From the IMG/VR virus record IMGVR_UViG_3300036770_006530, positions 1 through 51,677 of that record: DNA of 51,677 nucleotides; one strand, written 5' to 3'. The notes under the pieces were generated by a model. The model saw nothing but the letters and a program-made list of their open reading frames with translations, was not told the origin of the DNA and did no database searches. Below, piece after piece: positions 18,718 through 27,586 of the stretch (the stretch's first letter is position 1; the number at the start of each line of letters is the position of its first letter). Source of the stretch: a virus. A program made the translations under genes and the position numbers.

Positions 18718-19485
18718 TCACTCCATGGGTGCGGGTGCCGCCTCCTCTTCCAGGGTCAGCGGCACGGTGATGACGCTGGGGGCCGCCTTCAATCGGGCAT
18801 CGGCCTGTTCTTTCAGGCGCAGGCGCAGGGCGCGCCATTCGCGATCCATCAGGGTTGACAGCTCGCGGGCGGACATGGGGGCTGCGACCTTGCCCGCCGC
18901 CCGCGCTTCCGCTTCGCGGCGGACCATTTCCGACGCGATGGTGCCGGCAACGTCGGGCAGCCATTGCTGGACGCCCCGAACAAACTGCGCCAGGTCACGG
19001 GCGAAGGCAGCGCGGGCTTCTGCGGTCAGTACGTAGGTGCCGCGCTTGGCAAGCGCCTTTTCCTTGCGGTCGGCAAGGTCCATCTCCGCGATTTCCGCCT
19101 TGGCGGCGTTGAACCGCTTGGCCGGATCGTTTGCGACCGCATCCCCCAGGCCCCCGTCAGGGACACCGGGGGACGCGGGCGGGTCAGGGCGGCGGGCTGC
19201 CAGGGTGAACAGCGTCTCGCCGGCCACCACCTCTGCCGGCTGGGGGACCGGTGGCGGCGGCAGCCTGGACGCGTCCGGCTGCCCGCCCCGGGCAAACTGC
19301 TGCCCCATGTCCAGGCTGTTGGAAAGCTGCTGGTCGGCCAGCCTGACATTGATCCGGGCGTTGCGGCCCGTACCCACAATCGCCGCCCCGTGGATCCTGC
19401 CCTTCGAAAGCCACTGGGACAGGGCGGCAGGCGTTACGCCCCGGTAGGAGGCGTAGTCTGTTTTCGAGACGATGGATGGGTCCAT
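18718..19485 (-). CDS. Terminase small subunit (HTH-containing DNA-recognition protein)
   Basis: 255 aa located directly upstream of the large terminase. N-terminal HTH-like segment YRGVTPAALSQWLSKGRI. Confidence 0.6.
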   Translation of the reverse strand: MDPSIVSKTDYASYRGVTPAALSQWLSKGRIHGAAIVGTGRNARINVRLADQQLSNSLDMGQQFARGGQPDASRLPPPPVPQPAEVVAGETLFTLAARRPDPPASPGVPDGGLGDAVANDPAKRFNAAKAEIAEMDLADRKEKALAKRGTYVLTAEARAAFARDLAQFVRGVQQWLPDVAGTIASEMVRREAEARAAGKVAAPMSARELSTLMDREWRALRLRLKEQADARLKAAPSVITVPLTLEEEAAPAPME

Positions 19486-19622
19486 TTCACGGTCAAAGCC
19501 CCGCGACTTAAGCTGTTTAGTGGCGTCTTAAGCGACTTTAGGCTATTGAAATGCTTACTCTTTAGTGAACGTAAACAACCTTGCCGCCAGTATACTTCAG
19601 AGGCCAGGGAGGGACCCGCGAC

Positions 19623-19695
19623 CGCGCAACTTTATTGCGTGGGTCGGCGCTGTTTTCGGGGGTGGGTAATATTGTTGCGCGCAACTTTATTGCGC
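19623..19695. repeat. Two copies of CGCGCAACTTTATTGCG (19623..19639 and 19679..19695) upstream of the small terminase; candidate cos/terminase-binding or late-promoter elements
   Basis: Exact 17-nt repeat. Each copy is itself an inverted repeat GCGCAA-N5-TTGCGC. It lies in a visibly AT-richer intergenic region. Confidence 0.5.
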
Positions 19696-19779
19696 GCCCC
19701 ATCATCCGACCGACCTGACGGGGGGGGGCTTGTCCAGCTGCATCGTCAGCACCGCCTGATCAGACATCCCATGTCCCCA

Positions 19780-19794
19780 CCGAACCCGGTTCGC
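19780..19794. repeat. Dispersed palindrome copy 5 (imperfect left arm CCGAAC, spacer CCG)
   Basis: Intergenic, with one mismatch to the consensus. Confidence 0.7.
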
Positions 19795-19810
19795 GACGCC
19801 CAAATGAAAC

Positions 19811-19837
19811 GCCCCGGAAACCATTCGGCTCCGGGGC
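19811..19837 (-). terminator. Intrinsic terminator after 19886..20668
   Basis: GCCCCGGA/TCCGGGGC 8-bp stem, followed on the minus strand by GTTTCATTTG. Confidence 0.55.
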
Positions 19838-19885
19838 GTGACTTTGACGACGATGCCAGATGTTGTGGTTGAGTGCGCCCCGCTG

Positions 19886-20668
19886 TCAAGATTTACCGTT
19901 CCGATCCGCATCAATCACCGACCAGATGACCTTTGCGTCATCGGCGTATCGGGCCAGCATGTCTGCGATCAGGCCGCGCACAACCCTATGACGGACAATG
20001 ATTTTCCGCTCCACTTCATTGAGCGCGACCCGGTCAATGACGACCGCCCGCACGATGTCCAGCATCGACCATGACTTGCCATCGCGTCCCGCAAAGCGCC
20101 GGGAATCGGCCCGAAGCATGGCCATGAAATCGTTCACCCGACCAAGGGCGTGATGACCAGCCCGGTACGTCGCCAGATCCAGAGCGCCATAGCCGCCACC
20201 ATCAACACGGATGGCGGACGGGTCCATGGCCCGCACGCCCCCGACACTGGCCCAGGCCAGCATTTCCGCCACCTGTTGGATTTCCTTGGCCGCGCGCAGC
20301 TGTTGAGCATCCAGCTTGCCCAGCCGATGCAGGGTCACGACGGGATCTTGCCTGGACGGCGGCCCCAGTTCCGGTGCCGGTGGAGATTGGCGGTTGAGCT
20401 GCGCCAGCAGATCAGCGTCCAGCGCGCCGCCGATATCGGCGATGACGGCATAGTCCGCATCCTCGGGCACCAGCCTTGCCAGCAGCACTTGGCGCAGCCG
20501 GATCATCTGCTGCCGTGCCGTGGCGTGCCCCGGATGCAGGGCCAACACCAGCTTGGCGTGCGCCACCTGGACTTGAACAGGACTGACACCCCGGCTGTCG
20601 CTGACACAGGCAGGCCGCCCCACCACAGGCCGCCCCAACTGTTCTGCCCTGTTCTGCGCCATGACCAT
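19886..20668 (-). CDS. Hypothetical protein (position suggests a regulator between the replication and packaging modules)
   Basis: 260-aa ORF with GC3-rich codons and its own terminator. No motif was recognised. Confidence 0.5.
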   Translation of the reverse strand: MVMAQNRAEQLGRPVVGRPACVSDSRGVSPVQVQVAHAKLVLALHPGHATARQQMIRLRQVLLARLVPEDADYAVIADIGGALDADLLAQLNRQSPPAPELGPPSRQDPVVTLHRLGKLDAQQLRAAKEIQQVAEMLAWASVGGVRAMDPSAIRVDGGGYGALDLATYRAGHHALGRVNDFMAMLRADSRRFAGRDGKSWSMLDIVRAVVIDRVALNEVERKIIVRHRVVRGLIADMLARYADDAKVIWSVIDADRNGKS

Positions 20669-20681
20669 CCCCCGTTCCTGG

Positions 20682-20933
20682 CCTTACACCCCGTCGCCAT
20701 GCCCGTAAGGCGGGAGTAAGGCGGTCAACTCATTGATAAAGATTGAAGAAATGATAATTCCTTACATCCCTTACGCTCATTACATCCTTCCCCGCCGTGT
20801 GCGCGTGCATGTATGAGAAGCGCGCGTTACACGCGTGAAAGCGTAAGGTGCGTAAGGTGCGTAAGGCGATCAGCTAACCCATTGGCCTGTATGAAAAATG
20901 TGGGCTTACACCATGCCTTACGGTGCCCCTTAC
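20682..20933. repeat. Array of at least 11 CGTAAGG/CCTTACG-core repeats in both orientations, including 3 tandem GCGTAAGGT units (20841..20867), flanking an AT-rich stretch; candidate phage-type origin
   Basis: Core hexamers at 20682, 20705, 20716, 20760, 20769, 20843, 20852, 20861, 20905, 20916 and 20928. AT-rich TTGATAAAGATTGAAGAAATGATAATT at about 20733..20759. Located immediately downstream of the helicase gene. Confidence 0.6.
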
Positions 20934-20962
20934 GCTCCCCACCAAGAGGGGGTAATCGCGGG

Positions 20963-20977
20963 GCGAACGCCGTTCGC
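20963..20977. repeat. Dispersed palindrome copy 6 (spacer GCC)
   Basis: About 19 nt beyond the helicase stop, at the edge of the CGTAAGG array. Confidence 0.9.
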
Positions 20978-20995
20978 GTGGTCGGTATCTGGCCA

Positions 20996-23266
20996 TTACC
21001 ACCGCTCCTCTTCGAAGGATTCATCCTGCACGGGTGGGGTTGGGGGCGTGCGCTTCTGCGCACTGCCCCCATGCCAATCCCAATAATCGCTCTTGTCCGT
21101 CTCTTCGGGGCAGACCGCCGCTAGAGGCAGAAAGGTGCAGCGCTGCAGCTGGTTGCCGATGCTGACGCCATTCTTCGACACGCGGGAACCGGGGACGCGG
21201 CGAAGCGCCTGCATCCATCCTCCCGGCTGTCCGGATCGCCCCTGTTTCCAATGCGTATCGGCAAACAGGGTGCCCAGCACCGTGTTGCTGTTGGCTACGG
21301 CAATCCACCGCTGCGCCGTCTCGTCAGGACTGCCGCGATCAAGGATGACCTTGATGCCATAGACGGCCAGCGCCTGTTCCGCAGTGGCGCGCACGTCATA
21401 ATCCGTGTGATAGGCGGCATCATGGATATACTGCGCGATGGTCCGCCGCTGCCCGCTGCGAAACTGGTCCGCCATCGAGGTCATCAGTTTATAGACGCAT
21501 TGCTCATGGTCCGGCCTGTCGCCGGAGAGAACGGCAAGCGATTCCGCGTTCAACTGCCGGGTCAGGCGCATAAGATCGTCATCATCCTCCGCAGGCACCC
21601 CCTGCCGAAGCACGATCCATGCACCCGCCAGAAGCGTTCCGAACACGTCGCACCCGCGGCCCTTGTGCCCCTGCCGGGCCAACGCCGCCCGGCATACGGG
21701 CAGAACAGCCTGGAACCGCGCCCACCCCTCGCTTGCCTGATGCAGCAGCCCCGCTCCCACCTGTCGCAGACGTGACAGGTCAATGGCCCCCAGAGAAGCG
21801 CCCGCCGGCAGTTCATCCAGATCCAGTTCCGCCAACCGCGATCTGTCCTGGCTATCCAGGGGTGGAATCAGGATGCTGGAGAAGAAGAACGCGCACTGGA
21901 TCGGATACTCGGACGCCTGCCCATCCTTGCCGCCACGCCTCAGCTTTCCGCCTGACGCGGCGATACGGGCCAGCTTGATGATGGCGCTGGCTTGAGCTTC
22001 ATTGTCCGGGTTCGGCTCCAATTCATCGATGGCAACGGGTTGGCTGGAATTGCCTTTGGTCTGGTACAGCGACGCCGCCGTGGCATTGGCCGCGCGCAGC
22101 AACCAGCGTCCCATGATATGTTCCAGCACCACATCCTGGAGGGTGGACTTACCCGTCCCCTTGTCGCCGGTGACCCAGACAACGGGTCGAAACGCCACCG
22201 CGCCCCCCAGGAAGGCAGCGACGATCCATCCCATCATCAACCAGGGGTCAAGGTCGGGCCTTCGCCAATTCCACCGTTGGAGCAGCCCGAACAGCTCCTC
22301 CCCCGGCGTCATTGGGTCTCCAGGGTCCGGGGCTTTGGGGCCAAATATCGCCTCTGCCGCCGAATACACCATCTCGCCATGGCGGCCCGGTTCATACCGG
22401 ACGCCATCGATATGCACCCTGTCGCCAAGGTGCAGGACCAGCCGCCCCTTGTCGTCAGTCCAGGAGCCAACGGTGCGCAGGCGGTCGCGTGGCGACCACA
22501 GTCCCTTGCGCGCGCAGGCGGCCATCAGCCGTTCCTGCACTGCCTCTGATCGCCAGCCTACCACCTCCCCCGCATCGTTCAGACGCGGGAAGTGGTCGTA
22601 AAGCCAGGAATGTGCTGGTGTGAACAGTCCCAGCAACTTGCTTTTGCCGTGTTTTTCATCCGTGACGGCCCGGAACTGTCGTCGCGCATCCAGGTAGTAA
22701 TAGAGGTCATCCTCCGCCCCCAGCGGCTCTACCGGACAATCCAGGCGCAAGCCCGTCTCCGGATTGATGGCCGCCGGGTTCTCGTCCGGCGGCACATAGG
22801 TTTTCGCTGCCGCAAACAGGGGCGACAGGCTACCCCCACCCCCCGGTGCGGAGGAAACCTCCTCCGTTGGGGGGGGCGGGGGGTCTTCAACGTCGCCGGC
22901 CTTCGCGGCCTTTCGGGCTCTGTCCTTCTCCCGCTTTCTGTCGGCTTCATCGATCTGGGCCTGGATTTGTGGTAGCGCATTCGCACCTGCCTCTGTGACG
23001 AAACCAGCCACGTCATCCACCATCCCGGTGGCTTTCAGTTCGTCACCGATTGCCTTGTCCACCACCTCCATTGGCTGGCCACGGCGATAGACGACACGCC
23101 ACAGCTCCCCGCCTCTGCTGGCGGGCGGTGCGACCAGATGGCCATCATGCGTGACCATACGCAGCAACAGCCGCGCGGCTTTCAGGGAAAGGCTGACCTT
23201 GCTCACAGTTTTTCCTTGGGGCCCGTCCGGCGGACCGGGCGTTGGCTTGGGCGTCTCGCCCGTCAT
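20996..23266 (-). CDS. P-loop NTPase, putative replicative helicase (SF3/P4-D5-like)
   Basis: ATG at 23266 in an ATGA overlap with the PrimPol stop. Walker A VWVTGDKGTGKST and Walker B-like VAIDELEP. Confidence 0.65.
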   Translation of the reverse strand: MTGETPKPTPGPPDGPQGKTVSKVSLSLKAARLLLRMVTHDGHLVAPPASRGGELWRVVYRRGQPMEVVDKAIGDELKATGMVDDVAGFVTEAGANALPQIQAQIDEADRKREKDRARKAAKAGDVEDPPPPPTEEVSSAPGGGGSLSPLFAAAKTYVPPDENPAAINPETGLRLDCPVEPLGAEDDLYYYLDARRQFRAVTDEKHGKSKLLGLFTPAHSWLYDHFPRLNDAGEVVGWRSEAVQERLMAACARKGLWSPRDRLRTVGSWTDDKGRLVLHLGDRVHIDGVRYEPGRHGEMVYSAAEAIFGPKAPDPGDPMTPGEELFGLLQRWNWRRPDLDPWLMMGWIVAAFLGGAVAFRPVVWVTGDKGTGKSTLQDVVLEHIMGRWLLRAANATAASLYQTKGNSSQPVAIDELEPNPDNEAQASAIIKLARIAASGGKLRRGGKDGQASEYPIQCAFFFSSILIPPLDSQDRSRLAELDLDELPAGASLGAIDLSRLRQVGAGLLHQASEGWARFQAVLPVCRAALARQGHKGRGCDVFGTLLAGAWIVLRQGVPAEDDDDLMRLTRQLNAESLAVLSGDRPDHEQCVYKLMTSMADQFRSGQRRTIAQYIHDAAYHTDYDVRATAEQALAVYGIKVILDRGSPDETAQRWIAVANSNTVLGTLFADTHWKQGRSGQPGGWMQALRRVPGSRVSKNGVSIGNQLQRCTFLPLAAVCPEETDKSDYWDWHGGSAQKRTPPTPPVQDESFEEERW

Positions 23267-24984
23267 GGCAGACACCCATCCGGCGGCGGCACCTCGACGG
23301 TGCGCAGCAGCCGCGCCCCGCCGGCCGACAGGTGCCATTTCACATTGTCCAGCATGCGGTCCTGCCGCCCGCCGGGTTGGCGCCAGAACGCCAGATAGAT
23401 CGTGCGCGTCTCCGCCGGCACGGCGATGCGCTGCGCATGGCGCCAGCTTGGGGTGGCCCAGACACTGCCCGGAGCCTGATCCAGCAGCACCAGCCCGCAT
23501 TCCAACCCGATGGCGACGGACAGATGGTCTCCCGCCGGCCCGAACCGCATCTCCGGCGGGCCGCCGCCCTTACCATCCCCTCCCAGGGTCAGACCGCTGG
23601 GCAGTGCCTGGCGGGGCCGGTCGGGATCGGCAATCACGGCCCGCCCGATACCGTCGGGAGCCAGGAACCGGCGATACAGGCCCGTCACCCTGCCCGTCCC
23701 CATTGCTGCCAACAGGCAGGGATGGTCGCCAAGGTCGTGGACCCGCCCGTCAATGCCGCGCCACCCATAGGGCGCCATGCAGGCACGCAGGGTCGGCGGC
23801 AGGTCCGCCGATGTGTAGCGGCGCAGATAGGTGGCGACCGCCGGCAGGTCGGAAACCGGCCCGGCGCTGGCCCACAGCAACGCTGCCGGATCGCCATCCG
23901 CCACTGACCTGTCCGGCACCACGGCTCCCGGCGCCTCCGCGGGTTGGGGTTGCCCCCCTCGTGCGGAAGGATGCGCTGCTGCCGGGCGGGGTTGGGGGAG
24001 CACGCTTTCAGGGATGGGAACCGTATCGGTCTGCCCCTTGTCCAGCCCGTCCTTCACAACGCGGCGCACTTCCTTGTCCGTCCAGTCCGACTTGCCACTG
24101 CGGGCGGCCATGTCCAGCCCGGCCACGATCAAATGCTGTTCGGCATATCCCCGCGACAGGTTGCCCTGCCCAATCCGGGACCCGACCGCCGCGCAGGCCG
24201 CGAACAGGGTATGGTGGCGCGTGCCTGGCCCGGCAGCCCGGATGCGGGCGCATTCATCGTCCAGCACCCGCCGAACATAGGGATGCAGACCCGTCACCTC
24301 ATAGGCGCGAGGTTCCTGTGCCGAAGCGGTTGCAGCAACCAAGGGCCGCCGCAAGCGCTCCAACAGCCATTCCGGGCTGTCGGCCACCCGCACATCAGCG
24401 GGGTCGCAACCCGGATCGAACGCATACCGGTTCTGGAAATCCGGATGTCGGGACGGGGGTAGAACGATGTATCCGCCTTCCGCCCGCGTATCCAGACCAT
24501 TACCCAGCCGCTTCTGTACCGAATTCTTCAGATCCTCCGGGCCGACCCCGTCGGGCCAGCGGAAGAACCAGTGCCGACCACCGGACGGTGTCGTCTGCTG
24601 CACTGTGTGCGGCAGGACAAGCCCTTCCTGGGCATAGGCATCCAGGGTCTTGAACCCGTTCTTGTGCTTGGCCGGATCGGGGTCACTCTCACTGATATCG
24701 GCATCCAGCACCCAGACGCCGCTGGCCCGTGAACAATGAAGCCCGATATCCGCGTCAGGCCAGCGCTTCCACCACGCCTCAATTAGGGCCGGATTGCCTG
24801 TGGCGACCAGACACCCGAACTTCGTTTCAACCTTGTCGCCGATGCGCCGCTGCACTCCCTTGAAGCCCGCCTCAAGCCATTCTTTTTCCCCGAACGGCTT
24901 CTTGGTGCGCGCGCGCAATGGGAATATTTCCCAGCCCATGGCAGCATAGCCCATGGCATGGTGAAGCATTGGCAGCTTGGCCAT
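23263..24984 (-). CDS. Bifunctional DNA primase/polymerase (PrimPol N-terminal domain, PriCT-like middle, possible Toprim-like C-terminus)
   Basis: ATG at 24984 (MAKLPMLHHAMGYAAMGWEIFPL). Contains VLDADISE and TTPSGGRHWFF motifs typical of PrimPol. RHHTLFAACAAVG is PriCT-like. Confidence 0.75.
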   Translation of the reverse strand: MAKLPMLHHAMGYAAMGWEIFPLRARTKKPFGEKEWLEAGFKGVQRRIGDKVETKFGCLVATGNPALIEAWWKRWPDADIGLHCSRASGVWVLDADISESDPDPAKHKNGFKTLDAYAQEGLVLPHTVQQTTPSGGRHWFFRWPDGVGPEDLKNSVQKRLGNGLDTRAEGGYIVLPPSRHPDFQNRYAFDPGCDPADVRVADSPEWLLERLRRPLVAATASAQEPRAYEVTGLHPYVRRVLDDECARIRAAGPGTRHHTLFAACAAVGSRIGQGNLSRGYAEQHLIVAGLDMAARSGKSDWTDKEVRRVVKDGLDKGQTDTVPIPESVLPQPRPAAAHPSARGGQPQPAEAPGAVVPDRSVADGDPAALLWASAGPVSDLPAVATYLRRYTSADLPPTLRACMAPYGWRGIDGRVHDLGDHPCLLAAMGTGRVTGLYRRFLAPDGIGRAVIADPDRPRQALPSGLTLGGDGKGGGPPEMRFGPAGDHLSVAIGLECGLVLLDQAPGSVWATPSWRHAQRIAVPAETRTIYLAFWRQPGGRQDRMLDNVKWHLSAGGARLLRTVEVPPPDGCLP

Positions 24985-25040
24985 CGCGGTCAAAGCACCC
25001 TCCCTGGGGAGGCGATATGGCAGAAGCCCAGTGCTATGGC

Positions 25041-25055
25041 GCGAACTCGGTTCGC
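25041..25055. repeat. Dispersed palindrome copy 7 (spacer TCG)
   Basis: About 56 nt upstream of the PrimPol ATG, in the divergent region shared with hicAB. Confidence 0.9.
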
Positions 25056-25122
25056 ACTTGGCGCAACTATGCCGGCGCATAGGCCCCGGCCATCCACGTG
25101 CCCACTGACCTTTTTCATATGC

Positions 25123-25178
25123 TTATACACACGATTGCGCAACACCACTTGACAGTGTTGGGCAATCGTGTGTATAAA
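25123..25178 (+). promoter_or_regulatory. hicAB promoter (TTGACA 25149..25154, 18 nt, TATAAA 25173..25178) embedded in a 22-bp inverted repeat operator (25123..25144 / 25156..25177)
   Basis: The arms TTATACACACGATTGCGCAACA and TGTTGGGCAATCGTGTGTATAA match 21 of 22 as reverse complements. Confidence 0.6.
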
Positions 25179-25208
25179 CAATTCAGCGAAACGAAGGAGG
25201 GAGCGCGG

Positions 25209-25397
25209 ATGAAGGTAAGAGAAGTGATCGCCCGGTTGACAGCGGACGGGTGGTACGAAGTGCGGCAGAACGGGAGCCATAAACAGTTCAGGCACCCCAC
25301 AAAACCCGGCCTCGTAACCGTCCCTGTTCATGGCGGCGACATATCGATCCAGGTGATCGTCTCTATCGAAAAACAGTCTGGTGTCCGCCTCCGATAG
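25209..25397 (+). CDS. hicA: HicA mRNA-interferase toxin
   Basis: 62 aa, MKVREVIARLTADGWYEVRQNGSHKQFRHPTKPGLVTVPVH. AAGGAGG upstream of the ATG at 25209. Confidence 0.85.
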   Translation: MKVREVIARLTADGWYEVRQNGSHKQFRHPTKPGLVTVPVHGGDISIQVIVSIEKQSGVRLR

Positions 25398-25457
25398 GGG
25401 GCGGACCACCAACTGAACATCCTCTCCCCCGGCACTGCCAGAATGGAGCGCCCAGAA

Positions 25458-25883
25458 ATGCTTAAGATCGCCTACCCGGCAATCTTCATCGCCCCGGATG
25501 CTAACTGCTCTTCCTACAGCGTCCTGTTCCCCGACCTGCCCGGATGCATCTCGGCAGGGAACAGCCTCGAACACGCCTTCCTGATGGCGGGTGAAGCCCT
25601 TGAACTCCACCTGGACGGCATGGCGCAGGACGATGAAAAGCGGCCTGCCCCGTCCAGCCTGGAACAGGCGCGCCGCCTGTTCATCACGGACTATGAAGGC
25701 AGCAACGATCTCATCGCCGCTGTGCAGCTGGTGCCGGCCAAGGTGCCCGGCCGCACCACCCGCATCAATGTCTCGTTGGACCAGAACCTGGTCGAACAGA
25801 TCGATGCGATCACCGACAACCGTTCTGCCTTCCTGACCATCGCCGCCCGGGCCGAACTGGCCCGACGCCGCACCGCCGCCTGA
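25458..25883 (+). CDS. hicB: HicB antitoxin with a C-terminal RHH-like DNA-binding tail
   Basis: MLKIAYPAIFIAPDANCSSYSVLFPDLPGCISAGNSLEHA. The C-terminal RINVSLDQNLVEQIDAI is RHH-like. An alternative start exists at 25443. Confidence 0.8.
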   Translation: MLKIAYPAIFIAPDANCSSYSVLFPDLPGCISAGNSLEHAFLMAGEALELHLDGMAQDDEKRPAPSSLEQARRLFITDYEGSNDLIAAVQLVPAKVPGRTTRINVSLDQNLVEQIDAITDNRSAFLTIAARAELARRRTAA

Positions 25884-25885
25884 CA

Positions 25886-26170
25886 TCACGCCACGCATCG
25901 CAGCCTCCTGACCCTCTGGGGGCGCGATGCTGGCACATAGGCCCTGGCTATCACGTCCCGCCGCGCCCGCTCCGCGCGCACCCGCCAGACATCGGCGCTG
26001 TCGATCAGCTGGATCAGGCGCAGCGACAGATCATCTGTGCGCAGCCTTCCCTTGCGCGCCCGCATGCCAAGGGCGGCCCGCACCTCGTCATCCAGCATGA
26101 CCAGGGGCCGCCGTTCGGCGATCAGCATGGCCAGCGCCAGGGCGCGCAGCGTGTCGATATCCATCGTCAT
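25886..26170 (-). CDS. Hypothetical protein, last gene of the leftward operon
   Basis: 94 aa with an ATGA overlap to the methyltransferase stop. Confidence 0.45.
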   Translation of the reverse strand: MTMDIDTLRALALAMLIAERRPLVMLDDEVRAALGMRARKGRLRTDDLSLRLIQLIDSADVWRVRAERARRDVIARAYVPASRPQRVRRLRCVA

Positions 26171-26763
26171 GCCCGCACCAGCTCAACAAAGCCCAGGCGG
26201 CCTGCCGCCTCGGGTCGCCAGACGTACCAGGCGAAGGGGACGCGGGGGCTTTCTTCGCGTTTTCCGGGCTGGGGGTGGAACCAGCGGGGCCGCTTAGTCA
26301 CGATCATCTGGCGGTCAAACGGCACGGGCGGCGACCAGCCGTCGAACAGGTCCATACGGTCGGCCGCCGCGATCCAGTAATGGGGCAGCAGCATGCACAC
26401 CATCCCGCCCACCCCGGCCATCAGGGACAGGGCATGGCGGACAAAGGCGACGCCCAGATCGCCATAGGGTGGATTGGTGAAGATGGTGCGCACGCCGGCG
26501 GGCGGTTCCTGATAGGTCAGGAAATCGCGCACCTCATGGCCCCAGCCCAGATCCTGGATATCGCTGGCCACCACGGCATAGCCCTGCGCTTCCAACGCCC
26601 GGCACAACAGCCCCTGCCCGCACGCCGGCTCCCACACCACGCCCGTCAACTGGATACGATGCAACACCGCCGCCGGCAGCCATCGCTCTATCGTCTGATA
26701 GGCGTCGTGGGCCACGCGGTCATAACCCGTTTCGCCCTTCTGGGGGGACTTGCGCAGTTTCAT
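26167..26763 (-). CDS. SAM-dependent DNA methyltransferase (NPPY motif), orphan
   Basis: VWEPACGQGLL (motif I-like) and IFTNPPYGD (motif IV). No restriction partner was seen. Confidence 0.75.
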   Translation of the reverse strand: MKLRKSPQKGETGYDRVAHDAYQTIERWLPAAVLHRIQLTGVVWEPACGQGLLCRALEAQGYAVVASDIQDLGWGHEVRDFLTYQEPPAGVRTIFTNPPYGDLGVAFVRHALSLMAGVGGMVCMLLPHYWIAAADRMDLFDGWSPPVPFDRQMIVTKRPRWFHPQPGKREESPRVPFAWYVWRPEAAGRLGFVELVRA

Positions 26764-27083
26764 GCGGCCACCTCGCGAACCGGGTTCGCACGCAGTCCCA
26801 GCGCATGCGCCACGATGCCGGCACCCGACAGTTCAACCGTCCGCGCCACGCGCAACAGGGCCAGGGTCAGGGGGTGCATGTCCGCCGGCAAGTGATCCAG
26901 CGCGTCGAGGGGGAAGCCGCGCCGGATCAGCCCGTCCGCCGCCATGCCGGCGACAATCAGCGCGACAGGGGCCGTGTCCGGCAGATGCAGACCGACAGCG
27001 CCGGTCAGACCGACATGCACCATGACGGGCCAGTCCTGCCCGTCATGGTCGATGCGGCTGGTAAGCGGGATCGTCGCCATCAC
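26760..27083 (-). CDS. Hypothetical protein
   Basis: 107 aa, translationally coupled within the leftward operon. Confidence 0.45.
   Translation of the reverse strand: MMATIPLTSRIDHDGQDWPVMVHVGLTGAVGLHLPDTAPVALIVAGMAADGLIRRGFPLDALDHLPADMHPLTLALLRVARTVELSGAGIVAHALGLRANPVREVAA
26775..26789. repeat. Dispersed palindrome copy 8 (spacer CGG)
   Basis: About 11 nt upstream of the methyltransferase ATG. Confidence 0.9.
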
Positions 27084-27086
27084 GCC

Positions 27087-27452
27087 TCACATGTCCGTAT
27101 ACAGGTCTGCGGGATCTCTGGGCTGGGCTGCTGCCACCCCGTTGGTGCAATGCGTGCGGCGCAGCCAGCGCGGATCCTCCGGCGGGGTCGCATGCGGCTT
27201 CAGATCGACACGGGTGAAATCATTCATGGCCTGTCTCAGGGCCTCGCGATGGGCCGGCGCCGGGTCAGCGGCGCAGATCTGTGCCGCCACGCGAAAGGCG
27301 CGGCGCGTCTCCGTCTCGCCCTCTACCGCCACCATCTGCTGTGCCGCATCTGTCAGGTCCGTCAGGGCCTTGGCATCATCGGGCGACAGGGTCAGGCGCA
27401 GCGCTGCCATCAGGGCGCTCGTTTCGGCGGGCAATGTGCGGGGGGGCATCAT
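27087..27452 (-). CDS. Hypothetical protein
   Basis: ATG at 27452 in an ATGA overlap with the small TM ORF. The track ORF starts 9 nt earlier at a GTG. Confidence 0.45.
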   Translation of the reverse strand: MMPPRTLPAETSALMAALRLTLSPDDAKALTDLTDAAQQMVAVEGETETRRAFRVAAQICAADPAPAHREALRQAMNDFTRVDLKPHATPPEDPRWLRRTHCTNGVAAAQPRDPADLYTDM

Positions 27453-27586
27453 GACAACCACCCCCTGGCTTCACCCGCCACCATGCAGGCGATGACGCCG
27501 ATCATGTAGATGACGGTACCGCACAACAGGATGATGGGACCCCAGGCGATGGGACGGCTTCGTTGACCCTGGACGGGATCAGGCAT
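27449..27586 (-). CDS. 45-aa single-pass membrane peptide (not in the ORF track)
   Basis: My translation is MPDPVQGQRSRPIAWGPIILLCGTVIYMIGVIACMVAGEARGWLS. It is coupled at both ends (8-nt overlap upstream, ATGA downstream). Confidence 0.5.
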   Translation of the reverse strand: MPDPVQGQRSRPIAWGPIILLCGTVIYMIGVIACMVAGEARGWLS

